64,000 bases of DNA from Promethearchaeota archaeon (lineage in GTDB: Archaea > Asgardarchaeota > Lokiarchaeia > Sigyniarchaeales > SOKP01): assembly GCA_029838195.1 (NCBI GenBank), contig JALGVJ010000008.1, forward strand, positions 32,001-96,000, written 5' to 3'. Positions within the stretch are counted from its first letter, which is position 1; the number at the start of each line of letters is the position of its first letter. Made by a program: the position numbers and the translations under genes. Below, piece by piece: positions 21,590-32,379 of the stretch. Below the pieces are notes generated by a model, which saw nothing but the letters and a program-made list of their open reading frames with translations, was not told the DNA's origin and did not search any database.

Positions 21590-22948
21590 ATGGATAAACG
21601 AATTAGAATCTTAGACGTGACCAATAGAGATGGGGTACAGACGTCCCGGCTTGGCTTGGCTAAGATTGAAAAGACTGTATTAAATATTTTGCTAAATCAG
21701 ATGGGCGTATATCAATCTGAGATGGGCTTTCCCACGACCCTCCATGAAATCAACTATATTAATGCCAATTTAGAATTGGCACGCATGGGCGTTATAAAAC
21801 CCATGAAACTGAGTGGTTGGATTCGAGCTATCGCTTCAGATGTAGAAAAAGCAGTCGAGCTAACGCGCATTCGCCATCTTAATGTATCTATATCCACCTC
21901 AAAACAAATGATTGAGGGTAAGTTTCAAGGAAAATATAACGAAGAGGACGTTATCAAAATGATGGTCGAAGCCGTTAAATTAGCTAGAGACTATGGAATT
22001 AAGACTATTGGCGTAAACGCAGAAGATGCCTCGCGTACTTCAATGGAATTTTTAAAAAAGTTTGGAAATGCTGCTAAAAAAGCAGGAGCAGACCGATTCC
22101 GATATTGCGATACGCTTGGATATGAAAGTCCTTTTAGAATTCATTTTCGTTGTAAAGAATTGGCAAGAGAATTCGATATGCCTATTGAATTACACACGCA
22201 CAATGATTTAGGGATGGCTGTAGCGAATGCCGTGGAAGGAGCTAAAGGAGTGTTAGAAGAAGGACAAGATGCTTACATTAATACAACAGTAAATGGATTG
22301 GGAGAGCGGGCTGGAAATGCAGATTTAGTATCCGTCCTGTTAGCATTAAAATATGCCGCAGATTTTGATGAATTGGGCGCATTAGATCCTAACATTGATT
22401 TGAGTAAATCATGGCAAATTGCTAATTACGCTTCTCATTGCTTTGGCGTGCCTATTCCTGTCAATCAAGTAGGCGTTGGAGAAAATGCATTTGCCCATGA
22501 ATCCGGCATTCATGCGGATGGTGTTTTGAAACAAAGACATAACTATGAATTATATGACTATCGTGTCTTGGGAAGAGGAGAAAAAGTGTTCATCGAAACG
22601 GGACGCATGATAACAACGGGAGAGTATAGCGGAATCAAGGCATTTGAACATGTATTTAATAATTTTGGTTATACCTTTAAGAATGAAGAGGAAGCCAGAC
22701 AAATCTTAGAATTAGTCCGGTTTGCGAATGTAGAAAAACAACGTCCATTAGTAAAAGAAGAATTTTTATTTATTGCTCAATTTCCCAAAATTGCAGAAAC
22801 CATCCTTACGATTGTTCCTCCGAAAATCACGATCTATCGGCCATATATAGAGCATAAAATAAAACGTGAAGAGAAAAGGGAAAGTAGAGAAGTAAAAAAA
22901 ACAAAGAAACGAAAACAAATAAAAAAAGAAATTGAAATAAAGAAATAA
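21590..22948 (+). CDS. Homocitrate synthase / LeuA-like DRE-TIM enzyme
   Basis: DVTNRDGVQ, NAEDASR, YCDTLG, HTHNDLGMA, GLGERAGNA and HESGIH. Confidence 0.85.
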   Translation: MDKRIRILDVTNRDGVQTSRLGLAKIEKTVLNILLNQMGVYQSEMGFPTTLHEINYINANLELARMGVIKPMKLSGWIRAIASDVEKAVELTRIRHLNVSISTSKQMIEGKFQGKYNEEDVIKMMVEAVKLARDYGIKTIGVNAEDASRTSMEFLKKFGNAAKKAGADRFRYCDTLGYESPFRIHFRCKELAREFDMPIELHTHNDLGMAVANAVEGAKGVLEEGQDAYINTTVNGLGERAGNADLVSVLLALKYAADFDELGALDPNIDLSKSWQIANYASHCFGVPIPVNQVGVGENAFAHESGIHADGVLKQRHNYELYDYRVLGRGEKVFIETGRMITTGEYSGIKAFEHVFNNFGYTFKNEEEARQILELVRFANVEKQRPLVKEEFLFIAQFPKIAETILTIVPPKITIYRPYIEHKIKREEKRESREVKKTKKRKQIKKEIEIKK

Positions 22949-23147
22949 AAAATTTTTTTAAACATTCACTTCTTTTTAGACGGGGAATTAAAAATGTTCC
23001 CGCATGAGGAAAATTATTTTTATTAGAATCATTTTTCCTAACAAATCTTCATCCTAACATGTTATTTTCGATGGATCTAAATTTATAATCGTTTAAAATT
23101 ATTGAATAAATGAAGCTGCGAATTATAAAAAAAAATTAATTAAGATT

Positions 23148-24002
23148 TTATTCATGAGGTAAAAGTAGGACTAAAGATATGATTAATAAGATCCCTACCA
23201 AGAAAATTAATGCTTGAATGATCGATTTTTTCAAATTTTTTTGTTTAATAATTTCAGGCATCAATTCTGCACTAGCAATATAGAGAAATCCCCCTCCTGA
23301 AAATGCGAGGATTAAAGAATTAAATACTTCGATGATATTGGATAAAATAAAGGAAATGAGTCCTCCGAGTAAAGCCACCATGGCGCTCATGAAATTGTAG
23401 AACAGGGCATTTCTCCTAGAAAACCCTCCATATAAGAGAATACCAAAATCTCCGATTTCCTGGGGCAATTCATGAAATAATACGGCCAAAACGACAATGA
23501 TTCCATTAACAAGGCCATTAAAAAAAGCTACCATGATAATAATGCCATCCAAAAAGTTATGCAGAGCATCTCCCAGTAAATTTAGGATCGCAACCGATTT
23601 TATATTTTTTTCTTTAGGAAACATCATTTCTCCACCCGTGCTCAAATTTTCATAACAGACATATTCACTTTCTTTTTGATGAGCGTGCCCGTGAAACCAA
23701 TAGATAAATCTTTCCAGAATGAAAAAAACAACAAACCCAAAAATAATAATACCAAAAGGAAGTGTTTCAGAAAAGTTGGCACCTTCCAAGTTTAATTCTT
23801 CTAGATGCTGTATGGATTCCGGAATTAAATCAAATAAAGCAGTGGCTAAAATCGTGCCTGTGGCGAAAGCTACCAAGATAAACAAGATATTATCTAAAGT
23901 TTTTTCTTTCAGGGAAATCATGAATAATCCAATAAGGCTAAAACAACCTATGAAAAAAATCATCAAGAAACCAATTATTAACAAGCTATTTTCCATGATC
24001 AA
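23148..24002 (-). CDS. ZIP family metal transporter
   Basis: HGHAH loop, GDALHNFLDG and HELPQEIGD. Confidence 0.92.
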   Translation of the reverse strand: MIMENSLLIIGFLMIFFIGCFSLIGLFMISLKEKTLDNILFILVAFATGTILATALFDLIPESIQHLEELNLEGANFSETLPFGIIIFGFVVFFILERFIYWFHGHAHQKESEYVCYENLSTGGEMMFPKEKNIKSVAILNLLGDALHNFLDGIIIMVAFFNGLVNGIIVVLAVLFHELPQEIGDFGILLYGGFSRRNALFYNFMSAMVALLGGLISFILSNIIEVFNSLILAFSGGGFLYIASAELMPEIIKQKNLKKSIIQALIFLVGILLIISLVLLLPHE

Positions 24003-24301
24003 ATGCCCTTAATTTAAAAATACTATTATCACGTGAAATCAGTTATTCCATTTAATTTTGTGGGTTTTCTCCAATAACTAAATAATGAAGTTTCTCTTAT
24101 TTCATATTGTTCTTTACGATGAATTCATGAAAGTTCTAAATGAAACTTGTTTAGAATTGATAAAACAACATTCTCGAAAATTTTTATTTTATAAGAAATA
24201 AATTTATTAACCCTTTCTATTATACTTTATTTGAATCTTTTTAGTAGAAGAATATTAACAAAAATCTTTTAATAAAAAAAAAATAGTTCGAAGTAAAAAT
24301 C

Positions 24302-24568
24302 ATGGTCTTTACATCGTTAAAGTCCTTTCTGGGGTCTTTGTTCATCGGTCGATATCTGAATGATATACAGGAAAATATAGATAAATTAAGTTTCCTGTAT
24401 TATCAAACCAATTCAGAAACGATAAAAAAACAGATTGAACCCAGAATAAATTTTTTACAAGATTTATTATGGCTTTTTAAAAACGCTTCTATTAGCAAGA
24501 GAAAAATCATAAAAATTATTAAGGAAATCAAAAAGACCTTGTTAAATATGAGGTTTTTTCCTTATTAA
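24302..24568 (+). CDS. Hypothetical protein (88 aa)
   Basis: ORF with an ATG start in an otherwise empty interval. No motif recognised. Confidence 0.5.
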   Translation: MVFTSLKSFLGSLFIGRYLNDIQENIDKLSFLYYQTNSETIKKQIEPRINFLQDLLWLFKNASISKRKIIKIIKEIKKTLLNMRFFPY

Positions 24569-24762
24569 AATTCTTGCTAATTTCCTAATTTTTTTAAAAA
24601 CCTCTTATATTAAATATTATTTTAAAGTTTCACATCAATATTTTTATGGAACTTAGCAATTCAATAAAGAAAAAAGAAATTATTTTAATTTTTTTTTCCC
24701 CATTTAGTATTCATTTTATGAAGTGATTTTCAAATTCCAACTTAAGGAGTACTTGATTGTAA

Positions 24763-25095
24763 TTATCCGTTTCGTGAAGCTTGCTTAACGTGAGTTATTT
24801 CAAATATAACGGTCCCTCCTCCTGTATGGGGCTCTCCTGGATCTAAACAATGAAAATATCCGGGACCATTTGGAGTTTTTGCGAGCCCTAATTTTGCCGG
24901 ATCCATGCCATCGCGCAGAGCAACAATGAAGGATCCTAAAGAGAAAAGCGCATGAATACACACAACATCCGATTCTTCCATGTCAATAAATGGACCATTT
25001 ATAACGGTTTTATCTCCTACTTTATAAACAGGACACGTTCCTTTTATTTCGATGGCTTTAATTACCAATTTATTAAATTCTTGCTTGGATTTCAT
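24763..25095 (-). CDS. TIGR04076-like small Cys-rich protein
   Basis: GTCPVYKVGD, CIHA and CLDPG...GGTVIFE. Upstream GGGAGG Shine-Dalgarno. Confidence 0.75.
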   Translation of the reverse strand: MKSKQEFNKLVIKAIEIKGTCPVYKVGDKTVINGPFIDMEESDVVCIHALFSLGSFIVALRDGMDPAKLGLAKTPNGPGYFHCLDPGEPHTGGGTVIFEITHVKQASRNG

Positions 25096-25397
25096 GATCA
25101 GCCTCCCTTTAAAATTAATTCTCCTTCTTGAATTAAAGATGAGGATAGAGTTTTCTATTGATTCATGGAAAAAAGATTATTTATATATAAAACTTGAATT
25201 CTGTTATTAAAAAATCTTACTTTCGAAATTTAAAAAAAAAGGTGAACCACAACCTGAGCACATTGATTATTTCCCTTCTTCCTTCATTAAAAAAATGTAA
25301 AACCTTTTACTTTAAAACAATTTTTCAACAATAGTGAATAATTAAAATATCACATTCATTTAATTAAGGAATCACGCAACTCTTAATTGAGATTTTC

Positions 25398-26474
25398 ATG
25401 TTTGATGATTCTACCGTTCATTCCATTTATAATAGGGCAATTGAAGGAAAAATTGATAAAGAACGTGCCGGTAATTTATTACTTTCAATAATAGAAGAAA
25501 GTGAAAAAGCAAGCATTCGACTACATGTTTTAGAAATTTTAAAACTCCTTCCTATTCGTTCCAATAGAATTTTTAAAACTTTAGAAAATCTCCTCATTTC
25601 GGATGAAAATCATGACGTGAGAAAAGTAGCTGCGGATTTAATCATTAAATTTTATCTCAAAGAAGGAATGAATTCTCTAAGATGGGTGCTCCATCATGAA
25701 CAATCTCCCGTTGTCATTCAAACGATTTTTAATGCACTTGAAGAATTCACTTTATTTGACCCCATTAACAAGGAACTTAACGCAGATTTAGAACATTGGA
25801 TAAGTTCATTTGCTTCGAATTTGGGCGTAGTTCCTGAAGAAGCAAGATTTTTTTTGGATTTAGAAGCCATGTTCGCAGAAGGTAAGAACAATTGTAAAAC
25901 ATCCCTTGAAATGTATGAGTTCTGTCAATTTATGGATAATCTTTTAGAAAAAGAACCATGGCTTATCATTGAAAAAGGCCACGTGAAAAAATTGACATTT
26001 AATTACTTGAATTGGAAATACTTAAAGGATATGGGAAAAAACCTTAATTCCCTCATGAATATAAATTATTTAGATCTCTTTTTTTCTTATCTAAAAAAAA
26101 CACATCTAAATCCAAGAAAGAATTTCCGAATTCCCGCCTCGATTGGAATGCTCCGGCAGTTAGAATTTTTGAACCTTAGCCAAAATAACCTTGAATCCTT
26201 GCCCTCATCTTTTAAAAATCTCCAAGCTTTAAAAAAAATCGTTTTAAACGAGAATGATTTTAAAGAAATTCCGCCCATTCTTTTATCCCTTGAAAATCTT
26301 GAAGAAATACACCTCAAGCAAAATAAAATTAAAGAAATCCCTATAATCGCCCTTCAATCCCATCCCTCATTAAAATATATCGATCTTAGTAATAATGAGA
26401 TTAAAACCCTTCCTGAACATGTAAAGAATAAAAAGGTACCGTTTCAAATCAATCTCTTTAATAATCCCCTTTAA
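25398..26474 (+). CDS. HEAT-repeat plus leucine-rich-repeat protein
   Basis: N-terminal LENLLISDENHDVRKVAA. C-terminal LEFLNLSQNNLESLP, LEEIHLKQNKIKEIP and LKYIDLSNNEIKTLP. Confidence 0.85.
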   Translation: MFDDSTVHSIYNRAIEGKIDKERAGNLLLSIIEESEKASIRLHVLEILKLLPIRSNRIFKTLENLLISDENHDVRKVAADLIIKFYLKEGMNSLRWVLHHEQSPVVIQTIFNALEEFTLFDPINKELNADLEHWISSFASNLGVVPEEARFFLDLEAMFAEGKNNCKTSLEMYEFCQFMDNLLEKEPWLIIEKGHVKKLTFNYLNWKYLKDMGKNLNSLMNINYLDLFFSYLKKTHLNPRKNFRIPASIGMLRQLEFLNLSQNNLESLPSSFKNLQALKKIVLNENDFKEIPPILLSLENLEEIHLKQNKIKEIPIIALQSHPSLKYIDLSNNEIKTLPEHVKNKKVPFQINLFNNPL

Positions 26475-26589
26475 ATTTTACATTCATCTTCTACTTTTCC
26501 ATTAGAATTTCTCTCAATGAGTTAATTATAAATACTAATGAAATAAAATTAATATTAACCGATCCTAATTATTTAAAAAAGTGAAAATC

Positions 26590-28302
26590 ATGTCGGAAGA
26601 AAAGAAAAAAATTAATGGTGGAGATCTCTTAATCAAATGCCTCCTCCAAGAAAATGTGAAATACATGTTTGGCATCCCAGGTGGACAATTCTTAGCCATG
26701 TATGATGCCGTATATAGATGGGGCAAAGAAAAAGGCATCCAAACAATATTATTTAGACATGAACAAGCCGCTGCTCATGCGGCAGATGCTTATGCCCGCG
26801 TGACTAATCAGCCCGGCATATGCTTTGGAACGGTCGGACCTGGAGCCCTCCATCTTGTTCCGGGGGTGGGTACTGCGTGGAGTGATAACATTCCTGTTGT
26901 TGCTATTGTCCCTCAAGTGGCTTCAAAATACGCGGATTCTTTTACTCTCCAAGGAAATCTCGATCAAGTCACAATGTTTAAGCCCATCACTAAATATCAA
27001 AAAACCGTAAGAACAATTGAGGAAATTCCCGACGCCGTGCACAAGGTATTTCGTGAAGCCGTAGGAGGGCGTCCCCAGCCCGTTTTATTAGAAATTTTCG
27101 AAGATGCCTTTGTTGGGGAAATTGAGGAGGACAAGATCCCCGTCCTTCCTTCAGAGAAATATCGACCACTTGAGAAACCTGCAGTAGCCCCTGAAACGAT
27201 TCAAAAAGCCTTCAATTTATTAATTAATGCAGAAAACCCCTTAATAATTTCGGGGGGAGGCGTAGCTCGAGCAGAAGCATGGAACGAACTTAAGGAAGTG
27301 GCGGAATATTTACAAATTCCTGTAATGACAACTATCATGGGAGTAGGTACCATGCCCAATACTTCAAAATGCTTGATAGGAGCTACCATTGCTGGTCCCG
27401 GCCTCACCGCAGCAAGGAAGGCGGATGTAATTTTAGCCTTAGGGTGTAAATTCGGGTATACAATGAGCCATGGAGAAGCGCCATTTTGGGACAACGAGCA
27501 AAAATTGATTCAAGTAGATATCGATCCTTCCATCATCGGAAGAGCAAAACCCATAGAAATGGGCATCGTTGCCGATTGCAAGCAATTCTTAACTCAATTT
27601 CTCGCAGAAGTCAAAAAAACTGATAAAGTAACTCAGAGAGAATGGCTAGACATGTTAGCGGAGCAAAGAAAGAAACAAATCGCAACGGCTATAAAAAAAT
27701 CATCTAAGGACAAAGTGCCTATTTTACCCCAAAGGATGATTAAAGATATTTTAGAATTTATTGATGAGGATGCGATTCTCATTATTGATGGAGGAGATAT
27801 TGCTACATACGCTGTCGAGCAGATCGATTTTTATAAATCGCGACCCCCCTTATCTACGTTACAAGCTATTGGAATGGGACATTTAGGAACTTCTGTTCCC
27901 TATGGAATTGGTGCCAAATTCGCCAAACCCGATACTCAAGTCGTTTCCATTTCAGGCGATGGAAGTTTCATGATTAATATCCAAGATTTAGAGACAGCCG
28001 TGCGTTTTGGTTTCAAGAACTTGATATATTGCGTGGGAAACAATTCTGCCTGGGGCATGATTAAATCAGGGCAGAAATTAGTAATGGGCGGGCGATTTAT
28101 TGATGTTGATCTCCCTGATTTTGATTTTGCTGGATGTGCTAAAGAATTTGGGTGTTATGGAGAGACTATAACGGAACCGGGTGAAATTACGCATGCCTTA
28201 GAGAGAGCAAAGAATTCCGGAAAGCCCGCTGTTTTGGATATAAAAATAAAATTTGATATTCCGGATACTACAAAATTACTTCTTTCGATGGGAGTCCTCT
28301 AA
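26590..28302 (+). CDS. Thiamine-diphosphate enzyme, acetolactate synthase large-subunit-like
   Basis: FGIPGG, RHEQAAAHAADAYAR, TVGPG and SGDGSF...NNSAWG. Confidence 0.9.
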   Translation: MSEEKKKINGGDLLIKCLLQENVKYMFGIPGGQFLAMYDAVYRWGKEKGIQTILFRHEQAAAHAADAYARVTNQPGICFGTVGPGALHLVPGVGTAWSDNIPVVAIVPQVASKYADSFTLQGNLDQVTMFKPITKYQKTVRTIEEIPDAVHKVFREAVGGRPQPVLLEIFEDAFVGEIEEDKIPVLPSEKYRPLEKPAVAPETIQKAFNLLINAENPLIISGGGVARAEAWNELKEVAEYLQIPVMTTIMGVGTMPNTSKCLIGATIAGPGLTAARKADVILALGCKFGYTMSHGEAPFWDNEQKLIQVDIDPSIIGRAKPIEMGIVADCKQFLTQFLAEVKKTDKVTQREWLDMLAEQRKKQIATAIKKSSKDKVPILPQRMIKDILEFIDEDAILIIDGGDIATYAVEQIDFYKSRPPLSTLQAIGMGHLGTSVPYGIGAKFAKPDTQVVSISGDGSFMINIQDLETAVRFGFKNLIYCVGNNSAWGMIKSGQKLVMGGRFIDVDLPDFDFAGCAKEFGCYGETITEPGEITHALERAKNSGKPAVLDIKIKFDIPDTTKLLLSMGVL

Positions 28303-28571
28303 AAAAAACAATTTAATTAATCCTCTACAAATTTATATGATATCCGAGATAACTTGTATGACAAAGGAACAAGCATGAAAGAATAGTATTCCCAAGAATC
28401 TACGTGTCTTTTTTTTTTAATATTTTATATCATGGCAGAGCTTTCAAATTTTTTTATTATTTCCTGAATTTATAATCTTACTATTTTTGGAGGTTTTAGA
28501 ACGTATTAGAGATAAGAATCAAATAGGAGAATTTAATCCTTCTCTCATAATTTTATAGGAAATACTTCTTC

Positions 28572-29699
28572 CTATCTAATCTTATATTCATTAATCGCTT
28601 CATGCATTGCAAGAATATTTTGAACGGTCTGATCTAAAAGAAAATTCGTGGCTCCTGGGATGTATCCGTGAGGACCAAGAGAATCAATAGATTTTTTTAC
28701 GGAGGACTTGACTTCTTCAGGAGTGCCATGTTTAAGTAGATTCGTATCATCAATCGTGCCCAATAACGCAATTTTATCTCCGTATTTTTTTTTTATTTGT
28801 GGAAGGTCGTTATTAAAGGGTTTTAGGGATTCCACGCCATCTAAGCCGATTTCTACTAACTCATCAAATAGCACCTCGATATTACCGCAAGAATGTAATA
28901 AGCATTTAGCTCCCGCCTCGTGAATTATCCCCACGTGTTCAGATAAAGTAGGCTTGACCAAGCTCCTCCACATTTCCAAGCTCATTTGAAGCCCACTATT
29001 AAATCCATAATCATCACCAATCATGACTACTTTTGGTTGGGCGATTTTCACTAAGTTTTTCATGCCATCAAGTGCTATATTACAAAAATAATCATTAACT
29101 TCATGCAGGAATTTCCGATCTTTTCTCCAAAATTTCGCAATGTTGCTGAATCCAATACCGAAATGCAAGAATTCCCAAGGGCCGGTTAATCCTATTGATA
29201 ACACTAAATTATATTTTTTTTCACATGTTTCAATTAATTTTTTGTATTTTTTAAAAGACTTCGGAGAATACTTTAAATCTTTCTTTATGTGTTCTTCAAT
29301 TGCCTCTTTTGTAGTGAGCCCCTCTTTTAGCCACCACCAATGCGGAATAAGATGCTTCTCGCACCCTACTGGTGGTTGATACGTGGAAAATCGCGTGACT
29401 ACTTTAAAAAGTCCTCCGTTAGATTCGGCAGGCAGATTTAGATGATCTAACCACGTGAGGGGTCCTGAAATGGGAATCCATGTCAGATCTACTCCTAATT
29501 TGACTGATAAAGGAATGATCGCCGGACATAACCAAGGTAAACCATCTTTTTTAAATTGCTGAAATTCTTCAAAAGTAAATCCTATTTCTGCAATGTATCG
29601 TTCCATGAAATCCCAATCGGCTCCTAAGCATAATGAGGGAATCCTTGCGGGTGTTTTACATTCTAAAGCGTCTAAAACGACTTCTAAAGCTCCTTCCAT
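28572..29699 (-). CDS. Uroporphyrinogen decarboxylase-family / MtaA-CmuA-like methyltransferase fold protein
   Basis: GDDYG, LLHSCGN, KKKYGDKIALLGTID and GTPEEV. Confidence 0.8.
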   Translation of the reverse strand: MEGALEVVLDALECKTPARIPSLCLGADWDFMERYIAEIGFTFEEFQQFKKDGLPWLCPAIIPLSVKLGVDLTWIPISGPLTWLDHLNLPAESNGGLFKVVTRFSTYQPPVGCEKHLIPHWWWLKEGLTTKEAIEEHIKKDLKYSPKSFKKYKKLIETCEKKYNLVLSIGLTGPWEFLHFGIGFSNIAKFWRKDRKFLHEVNDYFCNIALDGMKNLVKIAQPKVVMIGDDYGFNSGLQMSLEMWRSLVKPTLSEHVGIIHEAGAKCLLHSCGNIEVLFDELVEIGLDGVESLKPFNNDLPQIKKKYGDKIALLGTIDDTNLLKHGTPEEVKSSVKKSIDSLGPHGYIPGATNFLLDQTVQNILAMHEAINEYKIR

Positions 29700-30095
29700 C
29701 TATAAAGCCACCTTTTGAAGTAATTTTAAAAACTGTAATAATGACTTAATTCCCTTAAATTTAAATTTTCTTGTAATTAAAAACCAAAATCCCTTTAAAA
29801 GAGGCTGTCCATGAAGTAAAGAGATTAATCCTTTCATAGTCCCAATAAAAATCCCATCCGCATCCCCGATCTTGGCCTCGAGATCTCGTACGGGTTCAAT
29901 GAAAAAATCTCCTTTCTCCCCATCGAATTTAATTAAGGCGCCGGGTTTATAATCTTTCAGAAAAATTAGAATGGATAATTTATCAATGTTTAACTCTTGT
30001 AATATCTGCTTAAGAAAACCCATCTCTAGGGTTAACCAAAAAGCAGAATAAATGATAGCGGGCAAATCTTCTAATTGTTCTACTTTTTCCATCAT
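29700..30095 (-). CDS. SCP2-like (sterol carrier) domain protein, tentative
   Basis: ADGIFIGTMKGLISLLHG...LITRKFKFKG resembles an SCP2 C-terminus. Its stop codon abuts the next gene's start. Confidence 0.5.
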   Translation of the reverse strand: MMEKVEQLEDLPAIIYSAFWLTLEMGFLKQILQELNIDKLSILIFLKDYKPGALIKFDGEKGDFFIEPVRDLEAKIGDADGIFIGTMKGLISLLHGQPLLKGFWFLITRKFKFKGIKSLLQFLKLLQKVAL

Positions 30096-30326
30096 GAGTC
30101 TTTTTTATTTTCTAAATTAATATATATGAACCATGTAGAATCATATAAAAAAGTGAGGTTCCCCGAAGAATTTAATGCTTCTAATTGAGTTGTTGGATTA
30201 ACTATTCTAAACCGCATTTTCCTTAAAGTTCATGGTATTCGAAAATCAATGACCTTGAATTAAAAATTTTTATAGAATGAGAATAAATTAACTATTAATT
30301 AAAGAAAAAAGGTGAATTCTTTTTTC

Positions 30327-31343
30327 ATGAAAGGTGCTGTATATTTAGATAAAGAAAAAGTTATTATTAAAGATGATTTAGAGAAACCAACGCCCGCAGC
30401 CGATGATGTACTTATTAAAGTGAAATACTGTGGAATCTGTGGTTCTGGCGTCGAAAGCTACAAAACTGGGGGCATGTATCTTCCTAATATCATCCTTGGG
30501 CATGAATTTTCTGGAGAAATTGTTGAAGTGGGAGAGAATGTTAGAAAATTAAAAGTAGGACAACGCGTCGTGGTGGATCCTAATGTACCGTGTGGTGAAT
30601 GCTACTGGTGTACTCGTTACAAAGAAAATATGTGCAAATTATCAAACAATGCTTTAGGAACCACGCAGAATGGAGGCATGGCAGAATTCATTAATGTGAG
30701 AGCTGATCACGTTCATTTAATACCTGATAGCATGACTTTTCAAGAAGGTGCCTGCGTGGAGCCTCTTGCCAACTGCGTGTATGCGGTTCAAGAATCCGGA
30801 ATTAAAATTGGAGAAAACGCCGCAGTATTTGGAGCCGGTACCATCGGACTGATGACCATTCAAGCGTTAAAAGCTGCGGGAGTAAGTAGAATTTTTGCCA
30901 TTGAACCCGTGGAATTTAAGCAGAAAAAGGCATTAGAATTAGGTGCAACTGGTGTCTTTCATCCAAAGCAGTATAATAAAGTGGCTCGCATGACAGATAA
31001 AATTGGTCCGGACCACATTTTTGATTGCGTGGGAATTCCAGAAACATTAATGGCTTCCATTAACTTGATTAAGAAAGGAGGGCACATCACGGTCATTGGA
31101 ATTCATATAGAACCCTTTGAAATGCGCGGTTTAATGCAAGTACCCTTAAAAAATATTACACTAAGAGGGGTTTTCAGTTTCACGCCGGATGTATTTCAAG
31201 CATCTCTGGATTTAATTGCGGGCAAGCAAGTAAATGGTCAAGCCCTCATAACAAGTATCATCAAATTAGATGATGTTCCAGACATGTTTAAAAAATTAGC
31301 TAATCCTCCGCATGAAGAGATTAAAGTGCTGGTTGAAATTTAA
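30327..31343 (+). CDS. Zinc-dependent alcohol dehydrogenase (MDR family)
   Basis: CGICGS, GHEFSG, CGECYWC...C and FGAGTIG. Confidence 0.92.
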   Translation: MKGAVYLDKEKVIIKDDLEKPTPAADDVLIKVKYCGICGSGVESYKTGGMYLPNIILGHEFSGEIVEVGENVRKLKVGQRVVVDPNVPCGECYWCTRYKENMCKLSNNALGTTQNGGMAEFINVRADHVHLIPDSMTFQEGACVEPLANCVYAVQESGIKIGENAAVFGAGTIGLMTIQALKAAGVSRIFAIEPVEFKQKKALELGATGVFHPKQYNKVARMTDKIGPDHIFDCVGIPETLMASINLIKKGGHITVIGIHIEPFEMRGLMQVPLKNITLRGVFSFTPDVFQASLDLIAGKQVNGQALITSIIKLDDVPDMFKKLANPPHEEIKVLVEI

Positions 31344-31608
31344 ATTATCTTTTTTCTTATTTTTTTGATTATTTTAATCTAATACATTTAAAAAAAATTC
31401 CAAGAAATCATAATATTAAATCAAATCATGATAATCATGACCTTTCCTTTCACTTCATGATATAATGATCAAGTGAAATAATCCAAACATTTTTGATTTC
31501 AAGAATTTTAATACTTGGAATGTTTTCTTTAATATATTTAAGAGAGGTTATTGCTTCTTCACTGGTTAACTCAAAGACAATAGACCCTTGAAACTCATGT
31601 TTCTTTAA

Positions 31609-31695
31609 GAAGTGCCCAAGATTATTGAATTCGTGCCTAATATTCCCTTAACCGTTATTGGGAAAGTAGATAAAAAAGCCTTGAGAAATCTCTAA
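31609..31695 (+). pseudogene. C-terminal remnant of an acyl-CoA synthetase (AMP-binding)
   Basis: Manual translation gives EVPKIIEFVPNIPLTVIGKVDKKALRNL*, the A10 Lys motif. A stop codon lies immediately upstream and the rest of the gene is absent. Confidence 0.7.
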
Positions 31696-32000
31696 TTTTA
31701 ATTTTTTAATTCTACAACTCTTTTTTTTATATTAAATTAAATAGCACTAGCACGTGTTTGGTGATAGGGCAATTAGTTAGTTAAAAGTAATAAAAGTATA
31801 GTCTCTTTCTATGAAAGATAATAAATATCGGTGCTTTTCACTGAAAGTTTAACATCTTAAAGATTTTGATATTCAAGAAAAAAAAATCTTTTTAGAAGGC
31901 TTAAATTTAAAGGAAGTAACTATCATGTATATTTTATACCAATTCTTCTGATATTGGCATTTTACATGAAAAGAAATGGTTAAAAAGAGGAGAAGGGAAG

Positions 32001-32378
32001 ATGTTGCTACAAATTAAATGGGACTCTTTTGAAGAATTAATTGCAAATAATGATATCGAAACCATACCAACAGAAATAGCAACCATTATTGCGTCCTTAT
32101 TTGTCTTAATTGTCATCCTCTATCTTAAAAAAAAATATCCGAAACTCACGAGAAAAGGATTCGTGGAATTCATCTCAGGAGCCACGATTTTCACGGGGCA
32201 TTTCATTTTTGACTTATTAGACACGTTGGTGACAAAAAAAATAAATGGCCAAACCACGCTTGCTTATCTAGTATTCGACACCTTGGATGCCGTGTTGGCT
32301 TTTGTGGGATTATTTATCATGGGATATGCTTTTTATAAAATTGCGAATTATGGAATGGAGTTATGGAGGGAAGAATAA
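32001..32378 (+). CDS. Small membrane protein (about 3 TM)
   Basis: Hydrophobic helices, upstream AGGAGAAGGG Shine-Dalgarno, first gene of a tight 3-gene cluster. Confidence 0.75.
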   Translation: MLLQIKWDSFEELIANNDIETIPTEIATIIASLFVLIVILYLKKKYPKLTRKGFVEFISGATIFTGHFIFDLLDTLVTKKINGQTTLAYLVFDTLDAVLAFVGLFIMGYAFYKIANYGMELWREE

Positions 32379-32379
32379 C

